Positions 1 to 12,837 of a stretch of 64,000 nucleotides of DNA are shown here, piece by piece. The notes beneath the pieces are model-generated. The model ran no database searches, had not been told where the DNA came from, and saw nothing but the letters and a program-made list of their open reading frames with translations. The stretch's first letter is position 1. Every line of letters starts with the position of its first letter. The DNA comes from Lobosporangium transversale (Eukaryota): NCBI RefSeq assembly GCF_002105155.1, contig NW_019028999.1, positions 558,001-622,000 of the forward strand, written 5' to 3'. Position numbers and translations under genes: made by a program.

Positions 1-1032
1 GAGACCAACTGCATAGAAGCATTGTCGACAATCATATCCTCAAACTTGATTCCGGAGCTGGCATACTCCTTGGAGACTTCACGACAGGTCTTGAGGAAGA
101 GACCATCAGCCAACTTCATGATATTGGCCTTGTGAATGCAGGTAACCTTCTTGCGGCCATTGCGGAGGGCAAAATCGAAGGCAAAGCGAGCAATGCGCTC
201 TGATTTCGTGCGAGTGATAACCTTGAGGGACTCGACAACTCCAGGGTACGACTGGTGTTCGAGACCAGAGTATTCGCCCTCAGTATTCTCACGAATGATG
301 GCGAAGTCAACTCCTTCGTGGCGGGTGGGATAGCCAGGAATGTTCTTGCAGAGAACCAGAGAAGCATACATATCCAGATCTTTGCGGATCGTGACGTTGA
401 AGGAGGAGTGGCCCAAGGAGGAGACAGGCGTATAGAGGATTCCCTTAAGACCGACCTTATTGCGTCTAAGGGATTCGACCGACTGCTTAAAAGTGGTATC
501 ATCAGCAGAAGTATACCCAGAGACATCAAATTGCTCCCAGTCAACAGGCACATTGGCAGCCTTGAAGATGGTCTTGACAGCCGAGGCAGTTTCCTGACCG
601 ATACCATCACCAGGGATCAGAGTGACAGTGTAGCGGCCTCCAAGCTTCGAGTTTGGAATCTGATGTATTCGTGAAAAATCAGCACTAGTCAGCCTTCCAA
701 TATCTCAAAATTCCGTTATGTAGCTGCGACAGTATTTACAAGGTCTGAAATTAGATCTGATCTAAGATCCCATATGCAACGTATTATACACTTACGTCCT
801 GACCCTGAGGCACAATGGTGGAGGCAGAAGTGCTCATGGCACGAGGGCCCATCTATTGTGACAAATGTTGTGATCTCAATGTTAGTCGACACTGAATGTT
901 GTTCTTTTTTTTGAAACATCAAGAAGAGATGGAAAAGCGTAATGTTTGTGATCAAGATGAATCGTGTAGAATGAGGCTCACCTTGCTTAGGGTGGCGGCC
1001 AAAGGCTTGGAAAGAGTAAGGGTGCGCAACAT
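1..1032 (-). CDS. IDH1: Mitochondrial NAD-dependent isocitrate dehydrogenase subunit 1 (3' end runs off window)
   Basis: Exons 1032-982 (MLRTLTLSKPLAATLSK), 852-796 (MGPRAMSTSAST...) and 659-<1, joined in frame by GT-AG introns. Translation contains GGRYTVTLIPGDGIG, IIRENTEGEYSGLEHQSYPGVVESLKV, KKVTCIHKANIMKLADGLFL and MIVDNASMQLV. N-terminus is presequence-like. Confidence 0.95.
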
Positions 1033-1464
1033 GGTGACAAAGTCGCAGGAAAGGACAGGAGTGGAAGAGAAGAATAAAAAAGTGGGGAGAGAAAAGGATA
1101 GGAGGACGAAAGAGAGGCAAGAAAGAGATGTAATTTTTTTTGTTTATTTGTTTACATATACTCTTTGTTACATTCAGTGTATTAAACTCAGCCAAAATGT
1201 GGTCGACTCAATTGAACGGCAAAATAGATTTTTAGGAGATACCATATCTTCATATCTTTCCATGACGTTAGGAGTAATGGCTCTCAAAAAAATATATTAT
1301 CAACTTGCATCTGTAAAAGCTTTTCAGAAAACGGCAACCCCGTTTTGGATATACACCATCGCAGATTAAAATTGAGTCACGTGAACATATTGTAGTAGCA
1401 GTCACTGAACAACAAAAAAAAAAAAAAACGGGCTAACTTCTCATTCTCATTCAATAGTACAGGA
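1033..1464. promoter_or_regulatory. Probable bidirectional promoter IDH1 / URB1
   Basis: Head-to-head starts about 430 bp apart; inferred from geometry only. Confidence 0.5.
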
Positions 1465-4400
1465 ATGGAGGCCAAGATACAGTACAAAGACAAGAATGAA
1501 CTTTTCAAAGCTCTTGCTGACTTGAAGGAGGAGCTGATATATATAGGCATGTCGACATAATTGTTCAATATTCAGCTATCCAAGTATTTGAGGTATGCAA
1601 CTTAATAAATTTTAAGTATTTGACAACGGATAATATTTAGGGTTGAAGCGTCTTCGACAGCAGCTGAACGTTCGGCCCAACTCAAGTGACCCTATTGAAA
1701 GTTTACAGGCCACAAAATCGCTTGCTGTTGTGTATGCATATGTTGAGGAGTTTTCAGAGTGTACTCAGCTTTTCAAGATCTGGGAATGGCAACAGCAACA
1801 CGATGTGCGCAAGATTGAGGCTTCAATTGTTGAAGTTTTCTCTAAACTTATCCATCAGTGTAACACAGCCCTCTATCGTACATACGCTATTAAGATAACA
1901 AGATCGATCCTACAAAATCAGAGCCGTATGACTGCAATCTACAAAAATCTCTCATCGGGACGCCAAAACACTGTCCAAGCTACCCTACGACTATTGACAG
2001 CCATGAACCATGTACATCATTCGACAACAAAAGAGCTTAAAGATGGCTTTAACTTTGGCCTGAAAGCGCTGTCAAAGTTCAAGAATCAGCGCCGTAAGGA
2101 AAGTGACGAAGCAAGTAAAACAGGTACGTTGGAGGCATTGGGAAAGTCTGAAGCACTGTAGAAAAAATCCGTTTATCACATCTATTTCGTACTCAAATGT
2201 CAAGATGAGACTTAGCCGCTGATATTTTAAAACAATATCGTTCTGGTTAGACACAAGGACATTATATATTCAATTCCTTTTAGCTTTCTTTGTCCGAGGG
2301 GATGTTACGGTAAAGAAGGAAATTCTGGAAATGCCAGATTTGTTTCAAACAGCACTGAAGGACCTTCCGAATGATTCTTTCCAACTGGTCAAGCAGGTTC
2401 TCACTGTTCTTACAAATAGTATCGTCATGGACAATGATATATCAAGGACGGTGAAAATCAGTTTTTTCAATACATCTTTTCTTGTGAATCTATTGAAACT
2501 ATACAATAGAACGGAAGTAGCCCCTGGCTCTGATCAAACCGTAGCGCAAGTAATTCACGAGTTTATGATGGCGCTCTGCACGACGCCTGGCGTCGGTATC
2601 TGCTTCCGAGACACAGCTTGGTACCCGCCTAATACTCTGAAGACAAGCACCATTGAGAAATCTGGTGAAGGAGCAAAGCATGTTTTCAACAAAACTCTCT
2701 CACAACTTCTCACGCACCTTCGACCTACAGAGCATATCCTCCAGCAGAGACTTACCGTGTCTATTTTGACAGCATGCCCAGAGCTGGTCCGATTGTATGT
2801 TGAGTGATTTATTTTATTTCCTCTCCTTTTGTTTTTAAAGACTGAAATCGGTATTTAACAGTTTGCATTGGTTATATATAGGTTCTGGCAAAAGTCAAAT
2901 CTACAGTTGGAACCACGATTGTCTGCAAGGTGGTTAGCCAACATGACATTGCTTCATAAAATCACGGAGATCCCGGTGCCAAACTTGTACTTGCAACACA
3001 CAGCACTCTTTGCTTCTCATCCTCCTCCTCTCTCGATCATTATCGAAAATATTCTTCCGACAACTGCCAACAGGACTATACTCAGCAAAGGTTTGCAGCA
3101 TACCAGCATGTTGGTTCGGTATTTCACCATGGTTCAACTTGCAGCTACTTTTCAGAAGATGGAGCAAGTGATCGCTGTTATGGAGTCTGCAGTAAAGGCA
3201 CTCTCGAGCGATGCTGGAGAGACACTGACATCGAACGGGCTGATAGACAGGAATGATACATCCATGAATATTAAGCCCTCTGAAAAACCAGCACAGCAAT
3301 GGGCCGGAGCGATCACGCTTCTTGTTGCTGAGCTTCGCCGACGCGTTCCAGATATCCAAATCATCATCTCTCTCCATAATGGAATTCAATCAATATCACT
3401 CTCTGACGCAGATGAGGAAGAGAAAACCCGACATAATCTTTTCAATAATGGGATCCTGCGCCTCATCAAATATTATCAGCAGTTCCTTCCTCAAGCAGTC
3501 AACGAATCCAAGTTTGATATTGGAAAAGTCATTCCTTCAGACTTTTCTACAATGAAAGCAGGGACATTAATTCATTTGATAGAGCTTTTATTAACGCTAT
3601 ATGACTTCCGTTGGTCCAACAAGGCACAGGATGGATCTTCATCTCATCTTCTCAAATTAATTAATCTCTTTCTCACGACGGCTCACTCCCAAATCAAATC
3701 GTTGACAAGGCGTCTTATCTCTAAACTCCTTGGCGAATCAATATTATTCCAACACGACCCCTCGGAAGCCATGATATGGATTGATTCCATTCCTGCTTCC
3801 AACTACAGTGGACCTGAACTTGCTTCTGATCAGATATTATTCCTTCAGTTTTTTGATGACTGTGTCGCCCGCTGCCTGAGGACACCTTACAAGTATGTCG
3901 ATCGATCTTTGGCGATCCTTAAGGCCCTACGAGAGGAATTAAGAACTGGTGATGTTGAAATCCAAGGAAACTTGGAAAAAATCGCATGGAGCCTTGCGGC
4001 GTCTCAACGTCAAGACTTCAACCAGTCGTTTAGTCCTTTAATAATGACTATTATAGAGCAGTTTCAACATGCTTATACTAAGGATACCTCCAAGGCTGTT
4101 GCTCGCTCGATTGCAGCATTTCTTCATAGACTAATACCTGAATTGGTTTTGTACCAAAACAGAACATCGGCTCTTGCTCTCGAAACCCTTAATAGGATTC
4201 AGGAGCCTTCGACACAAGAGCTAGAAACGATTCAAAAACTCAAATTAGAGAAAAGAAGTGCAATCAGGAGGCTTGGTGCGTTGGAATATCTCGCCATAAC
4301 TTTGGAGGTCCTTCAAGAGAGGCCTCTTTTAAAGTCTACCGGCAAAAAAGGGTTCCTTAAGGGTGACAACGCCTCTCTGGATCAGCTATTGGACCCAAAT

Positions 4401-7400
4401 GGCATTTCAAAATTTGTTTCAGAACTGCAGAATCAGAGCGCTGGAGTGGTGGCTATCAACTTCAAGCGTCTGATTAATTACGTTGGGGCTGATGAAAGGC
4501 TCATAGAATGCTTGATGGACTATATTCAAACAAGATTCCCCTTTGCAGGGTCAATCTATGATTTCCCAGATATTTCTTCAATCAAAAACTTGAATGATTC
4601 ATACGAAGGGGAGCAGGATATCGTTTATACATTTTTAAGAAGGCTTCCATTTAGAATTCTCTTCAACAACGCATCGGCATCTATGATTTCGAATAGATTT
4701 GTAAAAAAGTTGTTAACACACAATCTCATGGAAGCGGAGGCTAGGCACTATAGCCTTATATGTGGTCTCATCATTCGTCGCCTTTCATCCTGGATTCAAG
4801 TGGGAGATGCTGATGAGAGTGCTATTCACACATGCTTCTCATTGCTAGACTGCCTGCTAGACATCAGTAAAGCCACTGAGGATGTATACGTGCAATTGAA
4901 AAGCTATCTGTGGAACCATTACATTCTTCGTGAGCTATATCTCTATCGCTTATCAGACAATCTGACTACATATGGGTGTATGGACGTACTGGATACACGA
5001 GTGGTTGATCTTCTTGTTACAAGTAACAAGACAGAAACGATCACTGCCAACAATAAAACTGGTGCTATAGAATATAACGCTTCCAGCTACTATGTCCACA
5101 AGACCGTTGAACTTGTCACGCATGAGCTCGAGAATACGAAGAAATTAGGCCCACATGCTCTGAACTCGAAGGTAGGTTAATTGGAGGATTCTTTTATTTA
5201 CTCTCTTTATGCAAATTTTATTGATTGTTGTTTTTCTGTAACGTAGACTGTCAGATACTTCTCAAAACTCGCATTCATGTGCAGCACATCCGACTTGATG
5301 ATCCTTCTCCAGTTACTTCTCACGCTGCATCATCAGACTGTGTTCTCTACCACTGCCACCTTCAACGCGCTGCTCTCGACCATTCTTGAGCACTTGACGC
5401 AACAAGCGGGATCGGCCTGTGTAATTCCAACACAATCAACAGCTGCGCTCTTGAGGCTTTGGAGAGAGCAACCTTCCGATGATTTAGATAGGATTGTTTT
5501 GGATGTGCTCTGCGGATGCCTTTGGCCAAACGCCATGGCAGCGACCCTTGGCTCTCAAGACTTATCGGTCTCTGGTGTATTCGACCGAGCGCTGAATTCT
5601 TTAGAGAGACCTACAATTCTGTCACTTGACATATCACTGGTTGATTTCATTCTGAACAATCCAAACTTGAAGCGATACACCATCTTGGCCATATTGATTA
5701 CTACGTCGAGGGCTTTTCGTGAACAATTTGTTCAGTCTATCTTAAACCCGACCAGGCATCTCACACAATATTCGGGGGAAGACCCTGGCTTTTTCATGGT
5801 AGTGCATGCGTATATGAAGAGGGTTTCACACTGTGTGAATGGATGTTACAAGTGGTCTTCTTCTATAACTGAACAGGATCGTCATTCCATGGAGACATTA
5901 AGATCATTGTTGCTCCCTTTGCTCATCCAGCGTATCGCCAACTCTTCCTTCAACTCTCAGGATACTCTAGTGGCGGCGGAAACGGCTGCAGTACTTATTT
6001 CACTCACGACAAAATCGAACAAGCACGAAATTTCATCTGTGTGGACACTTATTGGGGAAATCCCCCGCGTCGGACTTGATAGTATACTCATTTTGAACTC
6101 TCTTCTCGATAGTACGAATGACCTTGAAGGCAATCAAGATCAGCTGGACAGACAGGATAAAATTGCCCGATGGTTTGAAGAAGTTGCTATTCAGCTGATC
6201 ATGATACTGGATAAGAATGGGGATGTAGAATGGTTAGAACCAGTCTGCGATCGACTTTATGATGTTCTTGAGAAGCATGTCATGATACGCAAGATGACCA
6301 TCGATCAAAAGATTTTGTTCGAGCTAGTTTCATTCGCTATTGAGAAGGCATTAGACAACGCAGAGCTTGTCCGATTCGTTGCATCCTTGGCTAAGCATTA
6401 TTATGCAGAGGTATGCTACCTGAAAACATTATTATTTGATCAGAACTTGGTAAAAATGCATGACACTGTGGCCTTGTCAACTCACCTTTTTTTTTTTTTT
6501 TTTTCCTCCAAAAAAAAAAAAAAAAAAAAAAAAAAAAGACTGTCCAGAGTTCAGTCTTACCACAAATACTCCAGACCCTGTTCAAACATCGACAGTTTTC
6601 TTCGCTTGTTATGCCTACGGCCCCCACCACTAAGCATATTGTACCAGAGAATGAAAAGGACCGGCTTGCAATTATTGAGTTAATCTATACCCTAACCAGT
6701 CTCGAGCCCAAAGCTTGTTGCAAGGCTGGGTTCCTCGTTACACTACTCTCTGCTTATTCCGCATCGACCACTGTTGCAGATCAGCTTATTCTCACCATTC
6801 TTAGGATCACAGAGACTCAAATTTCTGGATCGATTTCAAATCGAGCGCCACTCTGGGGCTCAGCTGCTGAAAACACGAAAGCTTCTACTGCTCTTTTTGG
6901 ACAAGGCATGATCAACGAGAGTTTAGATTTGATCGATCCTAGCGTAATGATGGTCTCAGTGATTCACTTCCCTTTCGATCGTGAATTAGAGTGCACTGCT
7001 CCTATGGTAACCAAGAGCGATTACTGCAAAGAAATCCTTAAACAAAGACAAGCACCCATCTATGATCCTTGCTTTATACTACCACTGTTTGGCACATACA
7101 TGGCATTTGGGAACCTACTGGATTGTCGCCGTCTAATTGAGAGGAATGGGCTGGGCATGATCATTGTTGCCCTGTCCTCAATTGACAAGAACATGCGTCT
7201 TGCAGCATACTCTTTGTTGGACGATTTCTATACTATCCTTTCAGTAAGCTGTTTTCTCTTCAGTTCCAAAAAAAAAAAAAAAAAAAAAAACTAAACGATC
7301 TGTTAACACTTTCTTTCTTTCCTTCTTTTTTACTCTTCATGTAGAATACAACGATTAGAGAGAAAAATCAGCTTGTTCTACTACTGGATGCTCTCAAGAA

Positions 7401-8733
7401 CTCGATTACCGTTCGCGAGGATGATAAGGTGCCTCGAATTCCTGCCGCGATTACATCGTTTGTTGCGCACGCTGTAGCTATAATTTTAAGGCCTGATCAC
7501 TTTATGTACCCACACGTCAACAAGTTTTGTCTACAGCGTCCCACGATTGATTTGGAGGATATCCCTATGTTTTATAGCTTATTCAACTCTTCTTCAGAGC
7601 ATCATCGGAAGGAGCGCGTTTGGATGCTCCGACTTTTGGCTGCATCAATCAAGACCCCTGAAGATTACAAATTGTTCAAACGCCGCTATGTTTTGGACTT
7701 GTTGGAAGCCTTTTTCAATTCACAGTTGGGCGAGCCTTTGTCTAAGAAGATTGTCATCGAGGTATGTATAGTTTATTCCACGCGCATTAATTTTAGTCTC
7801 GTGATTATTTCCGCTTGTTTCTAGACCGCATTATGTATTGTAATATTTGACTCTTACAAGTGCTCTTTTTCTTTTGACAATCATCTAGATCCTATTTTAC
7901 GCCTCGTCACTTCCAAAGGTCTCACTTCAGCTGATCACTCAAAGTGCGTTTCTGAGCTGGATTCATACATTAGCTGCTACTAACGCTATGTCAAGTGAAA
8001 ATGAGTTCTCGCTGGTCCCTGCGAGGCTATTACTCCGCGTCATTCAGTCTTGTCCTAAAGAAAGTATCCGTTGGATGAATGGTATCTGGAAAAACCAAGT
8101 TGCCGGCATTGTCACCACAATGCTACGTCTCTTATGTAAGAAATTTTGCTACAACTTTGGTTTACAGTATATCTGCATCGTCTTTGTTGCTGCTGTTGTT
8201 AACCATTATACGGTAAATCCCTCTGTATTATCCTTCATTGGCTAATAGGTCTTGCAAAAGTGACAAGCGTTAATCTGGCATGGGCATTGGCTTGCTTGGA
8301 GTCGATCCTCAATATTTTTGCATTTTTGGAATCCGACAGCGACATTGGTAATCTCCTGGAGATGACCAAGTGTAAATTCAGGAACAACGGCTGCTTCTTT
8401 AACTCATCGCATGCGACGTTGTATCTGCATTTCTTGATGGCCTGTGAGCAAGTCTTGACTGTGAGTGAGGAGCAACGCGCTGTTAAGGTCTCCTCAAGTC
8501 CAATGTTTGTGGAACATACCCCTATGCGCACTGATCCTTTGGAGATGCTTTACAGAATTGACCCAGCACCCATTCAGAGCCATGGTCGCGTCGTACAGCT
8601 AGGTTTCAGGTTATTTGCTGAGAATCCTGCTGTGACTAATGAGCAAGAAAACATTATTCTCGCAAGAGCTCTCTGCTATGGTATCGAAGAGGCAATCGAG
8701 AAGGCACGCCATTTGGAGCCAAAAGAAGCTTAA
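1465..8733 (+). CDS. URB1: Nucleolar pre-ribosomal-associated protein 1 (Urb1/Npa1), ~2,140 aa, 9 exons
   Basis: In-frame exon chain 1465-1546, 1641-2123, 2251-2794, 2882-5171, 5247-6410, 6539-7243, 7345-7761, 7889-8135, 8249-8733. Npa1-type segments LCTTPGVGICF, ILTACPELV, LEPRLSARWLAN; C-terminal NopRA1-type segments IYDPCFILP and HFMYPHVNKFCLQRPTIDLEDIPMF...ERVWMLRLL. True start uncertain: an acceptor-like gctaac...tcaatag precedes it. Confidence 0.85.
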
Positions 8734-8812
8734 TTGGTGCTCCATTCTTTGAACCCGCATTGCATTGGGATAGAGAGTGATATCACTTATCAATTGTTCT
8801 TATTTCACATTC

Positions 8813-8850
<38 letters not shown>

Positions 8851-8956
8851 CATTATTATATTTACACAACATAATAATAGGCAAAATCAGCATTAATTAA
8901 TTTTGTTTGTCAGTGTTATGCAAAAAATCAGTTTACTCTATCTCACAACTCAGATT

Positions 8957-9972
8957 TCACAAATCCTCATCGTCATCAATTGCAATTTCATCTGGGTTAG
9001 CTGGTACTTCTGGTGCTGTAGATTCTGAAGACTTGACATCATCGCCATGTGTCGCCTGAACTGAATGTGCTTTTGACCTGGTAATAACAACAAACAAATA
9101 ACTAGTTAGCGTCATTGCTCAGAAAAATCAAAGTAACTTTTCGACCATTAAAGCGTATAACGTACTTGACAAAATTCATTTCACCAGGACCTCCGGATGT
9201 CATGCGGTCTAGAGTCTGCATAGCGTCACCACTTGTGCCACCGACCTTGAGCCCCTCTTGAGTCTGAAGCATCTGTGCCGTGATATAACTAACATCGGTG
9301 TTGAATTTGACCTGCACACTGCGTTTGATACGCAACATCTCCTTGAATGTATCCTCGTTTCCGTGCTGTACCTCGAAATCATGCCATGCTTGCCAATAAT
9401 CTGACGCAATCTATTATCCATTATTAAACACAACATGAATTTTCATATCGTTAAAATACCTGCTCATCGTCTCAACATTTTGTTTAGTAAAAAAAGGCAT
9501 ATAGCAACTTACCCTAGGATCTGAAAATTGGCTACCATGTGCAAAGATACCTCTGGCACGATCAATCTCGCCCAACTTGCGTTCCATCTCCGCAAAGCGC
9601 ATACACATCATACGAGCATCCTTGTCTGGAAGAGTTTCAATAGCACGTTCGTAGATTTCACGCGTTGATGTGACACCAAACATTGTGGCTGCTTTGGCGA
9701 TGTAGAAGTGGTACATATCCGCTCTATCTTCAGATGCGACAGCCTTAGTAGCACGGTCATAAATGCTCATTGCATGGCGCGCAAGCCCATGCGTCTCTTC
9801 CAGCTCGCCATACATAAGGTAGAGAGGCTTCGCATACTTGGCAGGCATCTTATCCAATGCCTGTTCGAATAGATCTCTGGCACGCTCAAGTTTAGTTCCG
9901 CCCTACAAGCAATAGTCATTCTCCAAATTAGCTTTCTTTTTCTTTTTCTTTTTTTTTCTTTTTTTTTTTTTT

Positions 9973-10027
<55 letters not shown>

Positions 10028-11830
10028 GAGACAAAAATATTCAGTGTATCAAGCTAAGCCTTGATTTAAACGAAAAACACCTGGCCAACTTACATAACGA
10101 TTAATAAATTTGAGTAAGTATGTGTTCCAAAGCTCAAATGCAATGGGGTATCCAAATAGGTCAATGCCACGCTCGTAAACCTTATAGCTGTCCTCGAAAA
10201 ATTTGTTCTCCTCCAAGAAATTCGCATAATTAACAATGATTTGAGGGTTTGCAATCTTGAGTTCCAAAATCTTATCATACACAGCTTTTGTTGAATCAAT
10301 AGTTCCAATTGATTCCTCCAGATCAACATAGAATGACCATAAGCGCAACGACTTGTAGACACGGATCTGCACAGGCAATGTCTGTGGAGGAAAATATCAA
10401 GCATTAGCAACAGCAGCAACAGCAACAGCAATAGCAACAATAATAATAATAAAACAATGTTGCGTGACATTACCTCGTCATGGAATGCAATATTCTTTTG
10501 TTTGGGCGGTATTGTGGCCCGTCCCATGACTTGAAGCGCAGCATCATAATTCCTAATCACCGAATTTCAACCAACCTCAAGTCAGATTTGACCTACTTGA
10601 CAATTCGTACTAATGTCTTTTCTTAAAAAAAAACTTACTCCTTTCTGAGTTCCATTTCTGCATATTCGCACCAGACATCCGCCAGATCGTTAACGGTTTT
10701 ATAGTTGACTTTAACAGCCTTTTCAAATATAGTCCTTGCAGATACAATATCATTGCCTTCTTCGTAAAACTTGGCAAAGTTGATCCATAGCGTGTTGAAT
10801 TTTCCGTCTGCTTTTTTGGGATGAATAGTGGTCACAGCTTGTGTATATGTTTCCACGACTTTTTGTGAGTTATCGCCCCACAATTCGACGCGTTTTTGCC
10901 ATTCATGAACGCTGTTGGGATTTTGACGCAGCAAGACCTCGTTGACTAAAAATGGGCGCCGTTCCATAAGACGCTCGAGTCTCATCAAACGCATGTCCAA
11001 GTCAATTTGGTCCACTTCCTCGCCTTCGGCCTCTGCTATTTCTGCTGCTTCCATTTTAGCGCTGATCACAGATTCTTCAAACTCTGCATAGGCGTCGAAA
11101 ACCTGCGTAAAATCGCGGACAGTCATTACGGATGTAATAGCTTCCTCATATATATCTCTAGCCTTTTCAAAATGGTTAAGTAAGATCCAGTATTTGGCAA
11201 GATCGTTCCAGAGACGACCTGTTTGATCCGTAAATCTCCTGATACCACTGCGAATGATCTTCTCGATTGGGAGCGATTTTATATCCTTGGGATGGGTGCA
11301 GATAATATCACACAGCTGACGCCACAATTGATAATGAGACTTCCCATGCATAGACTGGAAGTTTTCGTCATTAATCATCTTACAGAGTCGAGAAGCTGCC
11401 TCGTCATAACGCTCCATTGAATTCAAAAGGTCAACGTAGTCTTCTCCGTGATTTGGCTCCAACTAAAATGAAAACAAGATATTGGGATTGAGTATCAACT
11501 GTTGAATTTAATCGCTTCAATTGTGGGAATGGATAGAAGCAACTCACCTTCAAATATCGCTTATAAACTTTTAGTGCCGTCTCCCCACCAATTTTTTTCG
11601 CCCAACTCAAATAAAGACCCCAGATCCGAATATGTTGAGTGATAGGAAGAGCTCTCAATGACCTGTCGAACGTCCTCCTCGTCTTCGTAATCCTAGGCGT
11701 CGCCATGAGGTGCTCTAGATAATCGATCCAGATCCTAGGCATCTGGGAGTGCAAAAAAAAAAAAAAAAAAAAAAAAAAAAGGAGGGGAATGTTAGCTTTT
11801 ACTTAACAACTCAAGCGCTTAACTCAATAA

Positions 11831-11861
<31 letters not shown>

Positions 11862-12361
11862 CCCGTGCCTTATGAAGTAAGACCAGAGCCCTTTCGTAAC
11901 AATCATCAACGCTTTCCCATTCATCCTGAGCCTTGACAAAAGGAAGGCCACGTTTGATGAGATGCTGCTTTCTTTGGTCAAGGTATGCCTTCCATAGTTT
12001 GTATGATCCTGGTAGCTCCTTAACTGCTCTCTCATAAACGATAAATCTCTGTGCAATCGGTGAGCTTTCATGGTGATCCAGGTATCGCATCCAATGCCTC
12101 AATGAGTAGGGGTTCCTTAGCAAATCCTCCTCAAAAGCAATGTCCTTATCTGTCTATATAGTATATATTAGTATAATAAAAAATTAGAAAAGTTATGACC
12201 ACTTTCAGAACTTAAAAAGAGTAGCAGGATGCGATTACAAGCAAAATCATTCGTACAATATTGATGGAGTCTTCAAGGACAACATCTATAGATGCAGGTG
12301 TCACTGCAGCTTTGCCGCCCTTGTTGATGGTTGTTTTACGTTCAGGCATAGTGGGCGCCAT
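8957..12361 (-). CDS. SYF1: Pre-mRNA splicing factor Syf1/XAB2 (HAT/TPR repeats), 9 exons
   Basis: Spliced translation gives [81 protein letters not shown] and [18 protein letters not shown], ending [13 protein letters not shown]. All junctions are in frame; one donor is GC. Confidence 0.95.
9975..10027 (+). repeat. (GTT)~17 microsatellite abutting a T-rich run in a SYF1 intron
   Basis: Perfect GTT trinucleotide array directly after a T-run; read directly. Confidence 0.95.
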
Positions 12362-12837
12362 AGGATTGGAATAATGAAATGGTGGATTGCTCCCAGCGTC
12401 TCTTCCTGCTCCTTGTGTTTTGAGAGAAAGAAGTTGAATACGCGTGAAGCCTTCGTCGAAAAAGAGATCAGTGATCCAAGCCACTTGCAAGTAAACTAAG
12501 GATAGCAACTTCGACTTCATATTTTGAAGTAGAGACCCAAAGACCTTCAATGTAAGAAAAAGAGATACTAAACTGAGCAACTACCGCATTGTTTAAATCT
12601 TGCCTGGTGACTTGATTTTATTTTAGGAGGATCTCGCTGATGATCTCCTCTCCTCCATTACAATTTGGGTCTTTGGGAAGGTGTAGAAGAACCTGATCAT
12701 GGAAGACTTAAGGGCGGTTTATCTGGCACTTGACAAAGGTTAACTCTTTCAACAACTTACACTAGCCATATCAGCGACTGTATCAGGAAGACATAAAGAG
12801 AACACCAAGAAGCAGTTCATTGCAATTTCTTAACAGG
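12362..12837. promoter_or_regulatory. Probable bidirectional promoter SYF1 / GPI3
   Basis: Head-to-head starts about 480 bp apart; inferred from geometry only. Confidence 0.55.

Noticed and set aside
116..674. ORFs 116..610 (-), 136..333 (+) and 255..674 (+)
   Set aside because: Alternative-frame and antisense shadows of the codon-biased IDH1 exon.
751..765. Small palindromes (TTAGATC-t-GATCTAA here; CTAGATATCTAG near 23715; GACTAT-ccct-ATAGTC near 29747)
   Set aside because: Short enough to be expected by chance in 64 kb of AT-rich sequence.
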